From Anthoceros angustus (taxonomy: Eukaryota > Plantae > Anthocerotophyta): a stretch of DNA of 64,000 nt. Made by a program: the position numbers and the translations under genes. Below are positions 37,934 to 50,764 of this stretch, piece after piece; within the stretch, counting starts at the first letter, position 1; the number at the start of each line of letters is the position of its first letter. The stretch is taken from the NCBI GenBank assembly GCA_010909165.1, contig VJWM01000011.1:1178001-1242000 (forward strand), read 5' to 3'. The notes under the pieces are model-generated. The model had not been told where the DNA came from. It searched no databases and was given only the letters and a program-made list of their open reading frames with translations.

Positions 37934-38439
37934 GGCTGCTGTATTTCAATTTTCCTCGAGCAAAGACTGCATAATGTTTCACACGCCTGTCAGCAAATTA
38001 CAGTCATCCCAACCTCTTAAATCACTAGGAGCTGAGACCGTCACCTACCTGAGAGTACCAAATCGATCACAAATACAGAATAGCCGATGGAACGAAGAGA
38101 AGAATGATTCAGGATTGCACTCTGTAAGGTATGGCCGCAGGCATGAGTAGAAATAGGAGCAAGGTAGGCGCAAGCATCCAAACAAGGGCATCCAGGGAAG
38201 TAGTTTTCGAGGATGAATCTAGCTTGGGCAGGCCAGCCATAGCCCAAGTGTCCTGTAGGCTTTAACCATCTATGTACATCGGTCTCATTTTGTTTTCCTT
38301 CTCTCATCTCACTCTCCTCGGACTATCCGTCCAGACCGTCCTCAACATCGCCCTGATCGCCATGACAAATTCAACTCACCAGATTTCAGACTTCCGGCCA
38401 GTGCATAATTTCCATTGGTACCTTGAAATGTGCTGGCTG

Positions 38440-38850
38440 GCTGTGGACAGAATAACAGCGACAAAAATAGGAAAGACGGACTCGAGCAAGAAAAGAGGAT
38501 CCATGTCCCGGGGCTTCATCCCTACGCTGGTCGCAGTCCAGCACTCCGCCATCCACCGCGAGCTGCATGTTGATCCGACCAACTCGCGCCGGGCCCTCGA
38601 GATGGCGGCCTTCGCAATCCTCAACCTAGGCATCAACAACGACAAGAAGAGAAACGCGATTGTGGCCGCTGGCGCATCCCGGAGCTGGTGGAGCTTCTCG
38701 TCCTCGCGGGCCTGATCGCCACCGGAGACTACGGCCAATCCCTTCCTCAAGGAAAACCACGACGCCATCGCCAGCACCAACAGGACTCTGGCCGCGCTCT
38801 GCGATGCCTTGGACGTGGAAGGCCTAATTTGTCCAGGCTATCCCTATTTG
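38440..38850 (+). pseudogene. ARM-repeat (U-box/ARM-like) gene fragment with frameshift
   Basis: GFIPTLVAV, ALEMAAFAILNLGINNDKKRNAIVAAGA, then IPELVELL in a shifted frame. Confidence 0.5.
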
Positions 38851-40242
38851 CAGACGCATGACACATTGGATCTTGTTGGATTTCCAAGTCCATACTCATG
38901 CTGGAGCATATCACAGGTTCAGTGCAGTCTGAGAGGTGCCGACAGAGGCTGGACGGCACAGTTGACACAGTAACTTGGACACCATTACAGTGCAGTGCTT
39001 CCATCGGCAGCCTGGAATTGCAATCTTGAGCAGAGTAGTAATGGCCTTAGCCATCCGCTTCCATCGGCAGCCTGGAATTGCGATGTTGAGCGGAGTGCTG
39101 GTGGCTCAAGAGTGTTTGGTATGAGAATTTGAGTGGCCTTGATCGTGGATTGTGTTTGGTACGACAATTTGAGTGGACTCGATCGTGCATTTAATTCACG
39201 ATTAGCCCGGCGCCGTAGGGGTTTGTACATGAGGAATGGGTAGCACCCCTTCCCACCAGGGATCCAGCAAAAAGGGTGCTTGACTGTGGATTTTGAATGA
39301 ACCCGCGTCTACATGTCGCTCCCGACGGAAGGAAGGACCAGTACCAGAATTTGTTTCAAAACATTCAAACTCGTTTTTATTTTATTTTTTAATTATCTTT
39401 TTTTATTTTTTATTTTTTACGTTTTTTTAATATTTCTTTTTATTATCTTTCAATTTTTAATTTTCTTGTCTCCTTTTAACCCTCGTTTTTTAATATTATA
39501 TAAATCTATGATAATTTAACCAATGAATTTAGTTCGGATTGGCCCACTTGCTCACCAAGTCCGAATTTAGTTCGGCGGACGCTTCTCGGGACTGGGAGCC
39601 TCCCCATTCCCTTCCTAATCGGGTATCGGGTTTGGCAGTTTTGAGCGACTAGTTGTTGCGAGCAGACGAAAACAAGTGCAGCATGCCATGGGTTGGTCGG
39701 TGCGACTGAGCGTTCTACGACAGACCCCGCGCATTCCAGTTGGACCATAAGTGAAGCCTGGACAGATCGAGCACTGGGTGAGCAAGTGGGCCAAATTGCG
39801 GTGGCGGCCCGGGCGGGCGGTGGGGCCCGCTTTTTGCCCCGCCCTCAGTTTTCTGCTCCTTTCAGTGGAAGTGGCGCCTCCGAATCGAGGGGATGATACG
39901 CGTTGTCGCCGCAACTTCACAGTCGGCCGCCCATTCCCCGCTCTCCACCTCCTCCTTTATCCCGCCTTGTTCAATGGCGGCCAAGTTGCTGCGGCTCCGC
40001 TTGTGACCAGAAAAGCAAACCTGGAGAAAAGTTGACGCCGCACGCGGGTGTCTCGCTCGGCTGCTGCTTTCTCCTCCCCGTCCCCATAGCGGGAGGAGCA
40101 CGCCTGCGCCTACGCCTTCGCCGGCAGCGATGGAGCTGGTGTCTCGCACTTGCGGGGATTGCAGGCGGAGAGCGGCTGCTCCTGCTTCGACTCCTGCCGC
40201 CTTCTGTGATGCGCGTGAGCGAGGCGTCTGATCCTGCTGCCG

Positions 40243-41022
40243 ATGGCGCCCTTGGCGGGGAGCGACGGGGAGACCTACGAGGAGTTCTATGTCAAATGGA
40301 TGGACCAGCAGAAGGCACATCTGGAGGAGCTGGAGGACGCGCTGGAGAGTGACATGCGGGAGGGGGAGGTGAGGCAGCTGGTGGCCAAGGTGCTCAGGCA
40401 CTACGAGGAGTACTACGAGGTGAAGGACAGGGCTGTGCGGGGGAACGTGCTACAGCTCATCCAGCCGTCCTGGAGGTCCCCGCTGGAGACCGCGTTTCTG
40501 TGGATCGGAGGCTGGCGGCCGACCATGGTGTTCCAGCTCGCGTACGCGCAGTCCGGGTTTCAGCTGGAGCAGGAGCTGGCGGAGCTGCTGCGGGGAGTGG
40601 ATACTCCCACTATGGCGTCGCTCTCGTCCCGCCAGCTGTCGCAGATCAATGCGCTGCAGATGAAGACGCAGGCGGACGAGGAGGAGCTGACGCAGCGGAT
40701 GGCCGTGATGCAGCAGGGCCTGGCGGATCAGCCGCTCTTAGGCTTGGCCTTGGCGGGGGTGAACGGGGCCGACGAGACCTCCACGCAGAACGGGATGAGG
40801 GAGGTGTTCGATGAGAAAATGAAGGCGCTGGAGGAGCTGCTGGTTGATGCCGATAGGCTGAGACTCACCACGCTGAAAGAGATGCTCAGGATTTTCAACG
40901 TCGTGCAAGGTGCGCAGTACCTCATGGCCGCAGCTCAGCTGCAGATAGCGCTGCGGAACTTCGGTGAGCAGGCTAGCAGGCCTCAAGGCGACGGGGACGG
41001 GGACGGCGATGGAGGAAGGTGA
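40243..41022 (+). CDS. DOG1-domain protein (DOG1-like), single exon, 259 aa, no bZIP
   Basis: FYVKWMDQQ, LVAKVLRHYEEYY, PSWRSPLETAFLWIGGWRPT, LS.RQL..I..LQ, ADRLRL.TL. Confidence 0.9.
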   Translation: MAPLAGSDGETYEEFYVKWMDQQKAHLEELEDALESDMREGEVRQLVAKVLRHYEEYYEVKDRAVRGNVLQLIQPSWRSPLETAFLWIGGWRPTMVFQLAYAQSGFQLEQELAELLRGVDTPTMASLSSRQLSQINALQMKTQADEEELTQRMAVMQQGLADQPLLGLALAGVNGADETSTQNGMREVFDEKMKALEELLVDADRLRLTTLKEMLRIFNVVQGAQYLMAAAQLQIALRNFGEQASRPQGDGDGDGDGGR

Positions 41023-41630
41023 CCGTCGGCAGTCTGTCCTGGAAGGCGGCAAACCCTGATTACCTTCCTGAAGCGTACTTGAAGTGGCCTTGTGCTGTTC
41101 TCTGTGTGCAGCTCTCGAGATCTACTTGGCACGGTGTGAGGCGTGTCACGTATCCGATGAGGGGAGAATCTGTGAGACCTGCACGTGGGAGAGGTAGTCT
41201 ACCATCCCGAATGTAGAATTCCAGTGGCCTCACCATCTGCTCTCCAGCTGGCTATGGCAGCGCCAATGTTCGAGCTCTGTCCAGCTTATTAGGGTAGAGG
41301 AGTGCGGAGAGGGACTAGTGTAGGTCAGCTTCACGTTCCTTTGTAAGATTGCTCCAGGACAGGGCAAGCAAGTGCCACTCTGTATCTACTAACGTTGTGG
41401 TCAACTGAAATGTGCCTCGAAGCTGCGCTCGGTACAATTGCCGTTTTCCTGTCCCTTGCTGTTGCGGCTCCGATGCACGGGGGTTTTCATCGTCGTCTGA
41501 ACCCAATCTGCACATTCGGGTGGAGCAGCAAGGGTTTCAACTTTATCTGATGCCGAATGCCTATAGCTGGAGTCGCATTGGCGTGAAGTGCTGCTGCCTC
41601 CAATATGAGTAGCATCAACGCTCTCTGAAG

Positions 41631-43320
41631 ATGGCTACACACAGTCGGATTTTCGCGTCAAGCACGGTCCTTGTTTGTTTCCTTCTCTACGCCGCCTTCA
41701 ACTACCCTTACGCATTTCACAGGGCCGCCTCCTGGGAGGCACACGTTTCTTCGCAATCCGAGGGATTGTACCAGCACGTTGCCAAAGGCAGATTGAAGGT
41801 TTTTGTTGCAGATTTGCCGAGGCAGCTGAATTATGGTCTTCTGGAGGAGTACTGGTCGGAGAAAGCAGCAGATGTTTCCGTGAACGAAGACGGGGAGTAT
41901 TTGCCCTATCCGAGCGAGCCGCTATGGAAGCAGCACAGTGCAGAGTACTGGCTGTTGGCAGATTTGCTAACAGCACCTGGAAACAGAGGCAACTCGATGG
42001 CGGAGAGAGTCTTGGATCCTCTGGAAGCTGATGTTGTCTTCGTTCCCTTCTTTGCGACTTTGAGTGCCAAAATGCAGCTGGCAAAGTCTCGGAGCAAGTT
42101 CCGACACAAGCAAGACAATCAGGACTATTTGCGTCAGCGGAAAGTCATGGAAATCGTCCAGAACTCGTCTTTGTGGCTAAGGTCCGGCGGAGCGGATCAC
42201 GTCTTTGTTCTCACAGGTAGAATTTTTAATGCAGCTTTGCATGACGCGTTGATTGCGGTTATGTAAGCTCAAGGGCATGCTAGCACTAGGGTCTGGTCTG
42301 TGGACGGACGTTGTTTGCAATGTGAGCAAGCATTTGGTGGGCCTTTGCTAAGTTAACTACAGGGAAGCACTATTTTTTTAACTTGTGCCATGACTTCCAC
42401 TGTGCTCCACTTTCTGCAGATCCTGTGGCAATGTACCATGTAAAGAGTGAGGTTGCCCCTGCTGTTGTCCTGGTTGTGGATTTTGGAGGTTGGTATAGGG
42501 AGGATGCAAAAGCAGGAGCAGTGATCGTAGGTGGGGAGAATTTGATCGTGCAAACGCAGGTTTCACTGTTGAAAGATGTCATCGTTCCGCACACTCATAT
42601 GCTTCCCATGCTTAACCTCTCTGAAGATGCGCCTCGTGATACACTCCTTTATTTCAGGGGTGCACGCCACAGACATCGCGTATGATTCTCTCCCCTAAAC
42701 ATGTAGATCTTTTTCCTTTATTCAGTTTTTCTTGATACGGCTTAACACTTGGAGCATGGTCCTACCAGACTGGGCTGGTCCGTGATAAGCTTTGGCAGAT
42801 TCTGGAAGGCGAGAGAGCTGTGATCTTGGAGGAAGGCTCTCCAGACGAGGCTGGTCTCGAGGAAGCAAAGGCAGGCATGCGCAGGTCACACTTTTGCCTT
42901 CATCCAGCAGGAGATACGCCATCCTCGTGCCGGCTTTACGATGCCATTGCCAGCTTATGCATACCAGTTATAGTCAGCGACACAATCGAGCTTCCATTTG
43001 AGGGTATGGTGGACTACACAGAATTTTGTGTGTTTGTCTCTGTTGGGGACGCTATGCAACCAAGGGTGTTGTTGCAACGGCTGCTGGATATCAGCGAGCC
43101 ACGGCGGAAGGAAATGCGTTTCCGTTTATTCCAGGTGCAGCATTTTTTTGACTACGATAATGGCCTGCCAGGGGGCAGGGGACCTGCTGTGCGGGATGGT
43201 GCTGTAAACCACATATGGACAAAGCTTAGCTACAAGGTGCCTGCTATAAGGGAAGCTATAACGCGTCGGGGCCGGATCCCCGAAAATGCCGTCTCGCCAG
43301 CTAGGTGTCATTGTGTGTGA
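41631..43320 (+). CDS. Exostosin/GT47 glycosyltransferase (exons 41631-42216, 42420-42679, 42769-43320)
   Basis: N-terminal TM; ADVVFVPFF; DHVFVLTD; FCLHPAGDTPSSCRLYDAI..LCIPVIVSD.IELPFE. Confidence 0.93.
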
Positions 43321-43816
43321 GAAGTCCTTAGGAGGCGGTGCCTTTGGGCTCAGTTTTGCTGGAGCTCGGACACATGCCCGTTAGGCTTCTCCTTAACTTC
43401 GGAGGAGTTGGGGTGTTCCCAGTTTCGACTAAATTCCAAGCCAAAGATTAAGAGCACTCTGGTGTAAGATTTGAAGGGAGAAGGCCATGACTTTGTGCGG
43501 AATTACGGCGCTTCTGCTGATTTGTACAACTGGTCTCCAGGACGGGACGTACTTAAGCGTTCCCATCTTCTGTAGATGTCTCACGCACTCTTGGATAGCT
43601 GTGACGTGGATCATGAGTCTCCACTCTACTTGTGTTTCGGAGCAACGAATTGGTTCGAACTTGCTCCGAGCTTCCTGATGTACATACATATCTAAACCTT
43701 TAGGTTGGAAGGTGAACAATTAAGTAGGGTAATAATGAGTTGTTGCAGGCAGGCATCATGGCAACCTTACAGAGAAAAATGGGTCCTGCTAGAGATCACA
43801 TCGGTTGTGAAGTAAC

Positions 43817-45565
43817 CTAGCATCCAGTAGCCTTCTTGACAGAGATGGGGCTCTTCAGGGCAACGCTTCCGTCGTTACCAGCTAGCACTCTGTACTTGTC
43901 TTTTCTGGTGAAGTTGGTGCATTCGAAGCTGAGGGTGGCAGCTAAGAGACGCTGAATGTAGTTGGCAACCTCATGTGCTGTCTTTCCTCCTGCGCAGGTG
44001 AGTTCTTGGGGCAGCTGGTCCAGGAACGTGACCTCGTACACTGGTGAGGGATTCATGAAGAAGTAGAAGGGGTCCATCCCCTTCCAGCCTCGAGCAGTGG
44101 TGCCGTGGAACATGCTCATTTTGTTTACCATGGCCACAGGCACTATCATGTCCGCCAGCTCAGCAAAAAGTGAACTGAATCGCAGCAGGAATGGCTCTCT
44201 GCAGGTGGTTCCTTCGGGGCAGATAGCCAGGTCTCCTTCCGCCAAAAGCTTTCTTATGTTAGCTGCATCGTCCTCCCGGTTTCGAGCAAGACTGACAGTC
44301 TTGATGGGTGAAATGATCTCCGAAAGCCTGGATATGGAGTATGTCACTGCACTGACAGGCCTGCGGAGAGCCACGGACAGGAAGATGGGATCCAGAAGCG
44401 TTCTATGGGAACAGACAAATAGCACTCCCAGCTTTCCGTCCTTGACAGGAGGAGGCGGGGTTCCCTTGACTCGGACTCTGACGCCCAGTGCTGCGAATGC
44501 GTAGGGGACTATGGACATGGGGAGCAGGGAACCTGCGGCAATTCGGAGGATGGCTAGCACAAATCCGATGGGTATCCAGAGTAGAGTGAGGAGAGCGACA
44601 AGAGGAGTTGGGCGGCACACCAGTCTGCCGTCATGGAACACCATTGGCTTTGGTAGCTGGTCCTTGGAAACAGCTTCCACCCGCACATCAGCAGGCACGA
44701 TGTATCCTTCCTGCAGACGGGGCAATTGGAGTCAGCCCCGACGTCGACTGGACTTGCATCGAGCATTCAAACTTATTATGCAAGCTGCAGCGAACTCCGG
44801 AAATATGTCAGGAATCAACCTTGCATAGAGACATGAATGGGAAGTCAGTCTGGCGATCCCCCATCCCAACGTCCGGCATCTTCTGGCCGAACATTCGGCG
44901 CATTGCGTCCTCCTTGCTTACTCCGACCAGAACTCCCGGAGACTTGAGTAAACCTGTGGCCCTACCTGCTGGTGTCACATCAATCTCTGATCCTATCACC
45001 TCGTCAGCTCCCAGGTACTCTTTGGCAAATGTCTCCACCATGATCCTTGGGTTTGCTGTGAGCACATACCTGCGTGAACGCAAGATTTTCAATTTTGGCT
45101 GAGCTTGACTTGCATTGTAAAGCAGGAGATGACAATGTCTGCGCATGCAGGAACCATGAAGGAGTTTAAACTCTACCGTTTGCCGAAAGCAGAAAAGACC
45201 CGCCACGACTCAGGATGAATGTCCTCAGCGTAGAACTTGGGAAGCACGGCGCGAGAGACTGATTCAATTTCGGTCACCTTCAGCCCGGCAAAGGTGACAT
45301 AAACTAGAACTTGGATGCCTGCAGCCTCGGAGACAAAGTGATACAGGACCCAGGCAAGTGGAGCCGCAGTCAAGAGAGATGCAAAGCGGAGGAGTCCGCC
45401 TGCCTCGAAGGCAATGAGCATGAAGTACGAAAAGGAGCTTCTCCCCCTCAGCAGTGTTCCATCCAAATCGGACACTACTGTCTCCTTCTCTCGGAAGGTG
45501 GAGCTGCATTTGTCGATGGTGGGGAACTTCTGCTCCATGGCCTGTGCTCCCTGCTTCTTGGCCAT
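43817..45565 (-). CDS. GPAT: sn-2 glycerol-3-phosphate acyltransferase, GPAT4/6/8 type (exons 45565-45177, 45069-44820, 44710-43817)
   Basis: HAD motifs DLDGT and GDRQTD; acyltransferase motifs SHRTLLDP and [10 protein letters not shown]. Confidence 0.96.
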
Positions 45566-46939
45566 GGTCGGATCCAAGTGGTACTTGAGCAGCCGTCACC
45601 TTGTCATGGGTGCTCAGAACTAGTCTTGTTTGGATGAGACAGGGCCGCAGAAGAGCAACATTCAAAAAGGGCAGCTGAGGAGAAACAGAAAGAGGAAGAG
45701 ACAACAGAGTTGCTGTTGCTGAATGCAGCTATGTACATGGCTGATTACAGCGAAGAGTTTGTCGCCGGGGTTGGCAAGTAAAGACGACAAGGAAATGCAG
45801 GAGGAGGAAGACAGCGACAAAACACGAGGCTACTCACGAGGCAATCACTGTACCTACCCTGCTAAAATCCACCAGGACTTGAAACCACTTTTGCATCTTC
45901 TCTTCTCCTGACCCATCCAAAACTGCAGGGCAGCTATGAAGGTAACGCCCGTTGGGGTACTTACCATTGCACGGACGGGAATATCAGTGTTGGCGGGTTG
46001 TCCCTAACGATATTTTGTCCCCAGGAATTAGCTTACCCATGGGGCTCAAAAAGGTCGGATCTTCCGAAGCCGCCTAAAGGTCAACCCAATGCTCTTCTCT
46101 TGCTGTTGTAATTTCTTTTCTCATTCACGACCACAGATGCATCTGTATATGACATTATACTCTGTTATGCAGTTTCACGGAATCGGGAATGCCCGTGGTG
46201 TCTTGGATCACAGACTGTCAGTAATCGGAACTCTGGAGAAAGGTGCGTTGGTCACCAGTAGCAACTTGCAAGAGCTGACGGGTAACAACCGCTGATCAAG
46301 GTGGAATGCGTTGGGTCCTGCTTTCACACAGATTTCGTTTGATCACCATCGCAGCCAGCTCTGTTTGACATTCGTAGGGAACCAGATCACTCGTTCCCCA
46401 ACTTGGGAGCTCCTCGGCAGACACAGGATTTCATCGTCGGCCGCAACGGGGCCCGTTTGGCTCCTGCGGCGATTTGCTGGGTTTCTGGATTGCTAGCAGT
46501 TTACGATTTTAACTGTGAACAACTGTTCTGGGGAGTACCTAATCTACTTCGACGCTGGAGACTTGTGTCAGGAGCTCAGCCTCGTGTAAAGTCTTATAGA
46601 GAGCCCGGAAGAATGAAACGCTCGCCACTGAACTCTTACAATCCTTCTGTGGCATGCACTTGCTATCACTCTCGTGACCCCCACCTTTCCTTTTGAGCTC
46701 CGGAACCCTTCAATTCTTCGAGGGGGCTTCAAAAACAAGACACGAAGAACTTGATGAACAGCCCAGAATTACGGGTATAAACAAGGTATGGAACTGGAAT
46801 CGAATTATGGATCTTCTAGTCCTCCCTTCAAAGTGACATCCAGACATGGTTCATTGCAACCTCGTAGTCAAGTGTCCTTAGACCCTTGACGGTTCAGTAC
46901 TAGGGATGGGTGTCATGCGGAGACTGAGGGCGAGGCTCT

Positions 46940-47430
46940 CCAGATTATAAACTCTAGATGTTAATAGTTTACGAGGTTACTCGAGATTAAAATTTTTTCG
47001 CTCTCCCCACGAGATTATAAACTCCAAAGGCCCCTAGGGTTATTGCAGGTTAAATACTCTCACTTTACCCTCAGTTACAAACTCCAGTTGCTATTTTACA
47101 AGATTACTCCGAATTAAAAATTCTCATTCGGCCCTCATATTATAAACTCCGCTTCTTAGTGCCTTATGGGTTATTCCAGGTTGAATAACTCCCACTCAGC
47201 CCTCCATATTACAATATGCAGTTGTTAGTGCCCTAGAGTACTCCATGCTAAAAACTCCCAGTGCGGGACTCCAAGCTAAAAAGGTTGAATAACTCCCACT
47301 CATCCCTCCAACAATCTACAATTGTTAGTGCCCTAGGGTTACTCCAGGCTAAAAACTCCCAATGCGGGACTCCAAGCTAAAAACTCACAATGCGGGACTG
47401 TAGGCTAAAAACTCCCAATGCTCAATGATA
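46940..47430. repeat. Degenerate short tandem repeats (~60-bp and 27-bp units)
   Basis: Recurring ttataaactcc, tagtgccct and gctaaaaactcccaatgcgggactcca. Confidence 0.65.
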
Positions 47431-47699
47431 TCTATATAAAGTCTTCGAATTGTCTAAAAAAATTATGGATCTTCTATAATCTATTAAATAAAAAATTTAA
47501 GCAAATCTAATTTACTTCTAGTTTTACGTAGGATGATACTATTATAATATTATAAATTAAAAATCAATGAAGCCCTCTTGAAGCGTAGAAATCCATTACC
47601 TATCAATTTTCAGATAAATTATGTTTTAAGGGACTTTAACTACAATCCATCAACTTCTAAAATTAGTTTCCAAGTATTGTCGAGCTCTTCTACTTAAGT

Positions 47700-48250
47700 G
47701 GTGTATGTTGATGCTTGTGGAAGCTTAAGGTAGGGGAAAATTAGACTTGCTCCTCAAAGCATGTACTACTAGCAAGGGCTTACATCGTCTAAGAAACAAA
47801 TGATTGAGAACTATGGGTTTTTGTAGCAATGCATCCACCAAAATGTCAACTAGATCTATGCATCCGTTCCCTATGTGCGAGACCTGCTTCAAGAGGAACA
47901 TGAGATATAGGAATTGTCCAAATAAGTAAGTAATAAGCTTACTTTGTCCTTGTGACACGTAAAGTAGATTGTGGTGCTCAATCACTTGGTGATTTCTTAG
48001 TTAAGAATCTTTTCTTTCTTTTTTGGTTAAGACTCTTTAGTATAAATAAAGATGATCTAAGCTTAGTTTTACTTGTGAGAAATAAAGTAAACACTAGTTG
48101 TCATACAATACAATACGATTAGAATCCACACCTATATAGATTTCTAGCCCAGCCACGGGTGCTTAACTTTGGGGTTTTTATCTAAGAGTAAACTCAATCT
48201 AACCAGCACCCCATCTGGGTATTGATCTTGGTTAGCACTGTTCATTTTTG
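47700..48250 (-). mobile_element. Possible heavily degraded Copia RT/RNaseH remnant
   Basis: Weak motif echoes only (NLLYVSQGQSKLITYL; DLVDILVDALL). Confidence 0.3.
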
Positions 48251-48501
48251 AGTTGTGCCACAAACACCACATCCAACTTATTGAGGTATGTTAGACTTAT
48301 AGATGTTATGCTAGCATGATTTGTAACTTCCTTGATTCACTCCATGTATAGATTGATGCTAATATAGTTAACTTTATGTTACCTGACATGATATATATAG
48401 CTTAAGAGTCTCTAACGCTGGCTATTTTGCATAAAAACTGCTCAGACCTGTGACTTGATATATTATTAGATCTCAAAAAGAGGACCATACGTGCGTACAA
48501 A

Positions 48502-49724
48502 ATGTGGCCGAGAGTCTATGAAGAGCACAAAGATGGACAATGTAAAGAATGCAAAACGGCCACTTACATGTTCGAGGATTCTAATCTGGAGACATTGTGT
48601 GTGCGCTTGCAGTAACGAAGACCATTACATTGACCCGCTGAATGGAGGAACTTCAACAATGGTGAACACGGTTCTTGACGAGCGTGGGGATTCCTACTAA
48701 TGATGTGCTCGAAAACGGAGGACATTTAACAACTTGCTTAGATATTAGGGGCGCAAGTGCTGAGGGCGAAACACTTCAAAAATTATCAATGAGGCTGCAT
48801 CAAAAGTTTGATCGCGATCCTCACAAAGGCTTGACGAGGCGCTAATCTTATTGAAACACTTGCCGGAAATTTGCAATTGACAACCAGCATTCAACATTTG
48901 GCATTGAGTTTTTTCAAAAAATTGAACAACAAAGGATCAAGTCAATTTGTGCGTGTTGCTGCAGCTATTTACGTAGCCTGCAAACGAGAAAAGGCTCCTC
49001 GAAGTTTTCAAGAAATTAGCCAATACTCCCATAGCAATATAAGAAAGGAGGACGTTGGACGGTTGGCAAAACAATTGGAAAGGACCTTAAAAGCGGATCT
49101 AGAGAAAGAAAAAAGGGTCGACCTAAGTGCGGCACAGGCCCAGGCACGGGCAAACGCACAAGCACAAGCACAAGCACAAGCAGCACAAGCACAAGCAGCA
49201 CAAGCACAAGCACAAGCAGCACAAGCACAAGCAGCACAAGCACAAGCACAAGCACAAGCACAAGCACAAGCAGCACAAGGAAAGGACTGCCTGGCGCGAG
49301 GGCAGAACACACCGAAAGATGAGCACAGCCTACACATGCACAATCACAAGAACATATTCCACATCAAAGCAAGGAGCTTTCAAGATTGCTCCTCAAAACA
49401 TGAAACAATATGATGATATGCTAAATTTAGCTTATGGGTTTGTACAAAGTTGAACATGAATTACACTACAAAAGCGGCGAATGAAGCTTTGCTATTTGTC
49501 TTGCATAACCTTGACATACGAAAAGCCACAAAACATTACGGGTGCGATTATCTATATGATATCGCAAGTTTCGAGGGACTTAATCGGAAAGATATTGCGA
49601 GGCGGTCGATGGCGTATACCACAATCAAGTACTTACAAGCATTTATACCGCATGCATCTAAGATAATTCCACCATGGATTTGGAAGAAGATGAATTATCA
49701 CTTGAGAACTTGTCTTCTACTTAG
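48502..49724 (+). pseudogene. TFIIB-like: Intronless TFIIB paralog with (Ala-Gln)n linker; multiple frameshifts
   Basis: Read across frames: zinc ribbon CKEC...GDIVC, ID..EWRNF, DPHKGL, AAAIYVACKREKAPRSFQEI, LDIRK...GAIIYMISQ, YKHLYPHASKIIPPW. Confidence 0.85.
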
Positions 49725-50764
49725 ATTATGTTTAAGGTTCATTAGTTAGAATTCATTTAGATTTGTTGGTTATATTCATTAGGTCACCCTTATAAAGTTT
49801 CATGGACTCAAGTATAAACTCGACTCGATGGCAAGTATTATAAACACGATAATTTTTGAAGGGGAATATACTAACCCTCTTGGCCGACACAAAGACTCTG
49901 TCACGTAAGAACACCTTACCTAAAAGCGGATCTAGAGAAAGAAAAAGGGTCGACCTAAGTGCGGCGCAGGCCCAGGCATGGGCAAACGCACAAGCAGCAC
50001 AAGCAGCACAAGCACAAGCAGCACAAGCACAAGCACAAGCAGCACAAGCACAAGCACAAGCACAAGCAGCACAAGCAGCACAAGCACAAGCACAAGCACA
50101 AGCACAAGGAAAGGACTGCCTGGCAGACAGAACCACAACACGAAGATGAGCTTGGCCCACAACATGCACAATCACAAGAACATATTCCACGATCAAAGCA
50201 AGGAGCTTTCAAGATTCTCCTCAAAACATGAAACAATATGATGATATGCTAAATTTAGCTTATGGGTTTGTACAAAGTTGAACATGAATTGACACTACAA
50301 AAGCGATAATGAAGCTTTGCTATTTGTCTTGCATAACCTTGACATACGAAAAGCCACAAAAAATTACGGGTGCTTATCTATATGATATCGCAAGTTTCGA
50401 CGACTTAATCGGAAAGATATTCGAGGCGGTCGATGGCGAGATACCACAATTAGAAGTACTTACAAGCATTTATACCCGCATGCATCTAAGATAATTCCAC
50501 CATGGATTTGGAAGAAGATGAATTATCACTTGAGAACTTGTCTTCTACTTAGATTATGTTTAAGGTTCATTAGTTAGAATTCATTTAGATTTGTTGGTTA
50601 TATTCATTAGGTCACCCTTATAAAGTTTCATGGACTCGAAGTATAACTGTCTGACTCTCGATGGCAAGTATTATAAACACGATAATTTTTGAAGGGGGGG
50701 AATATACTAACCCCCTTCGGTCGACACAGCACCCCCTTGTCACGAAGAACACCTTACCTAAAAC
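49089..50764. repeat. Tandem duplication of ~835 bp (3' half of the TFIIB copy plus the left TIR end)
   Basis: taaaagcggatctagag occurs at ~49089 and ~49921; both units end in gaacaccttacctaaaa. Confidence 0.9.

Noticed and set aside
45596-45607. uORF (Met-Thr-Arg-stop) upstream of GPAT
   Set aside because: It is present, but three codons is expected by chance and the transcript start is unknown.
49008-50241. Poly-His-Lys, poly-Cys-Leu, poly-Ser-Thr and poly-Val-Leu ORFs
   Set aside because: They are alternative frames or strands of the CAAGCA repeat; only the AQ frame is continuous with the TFIIB cyclin fold.
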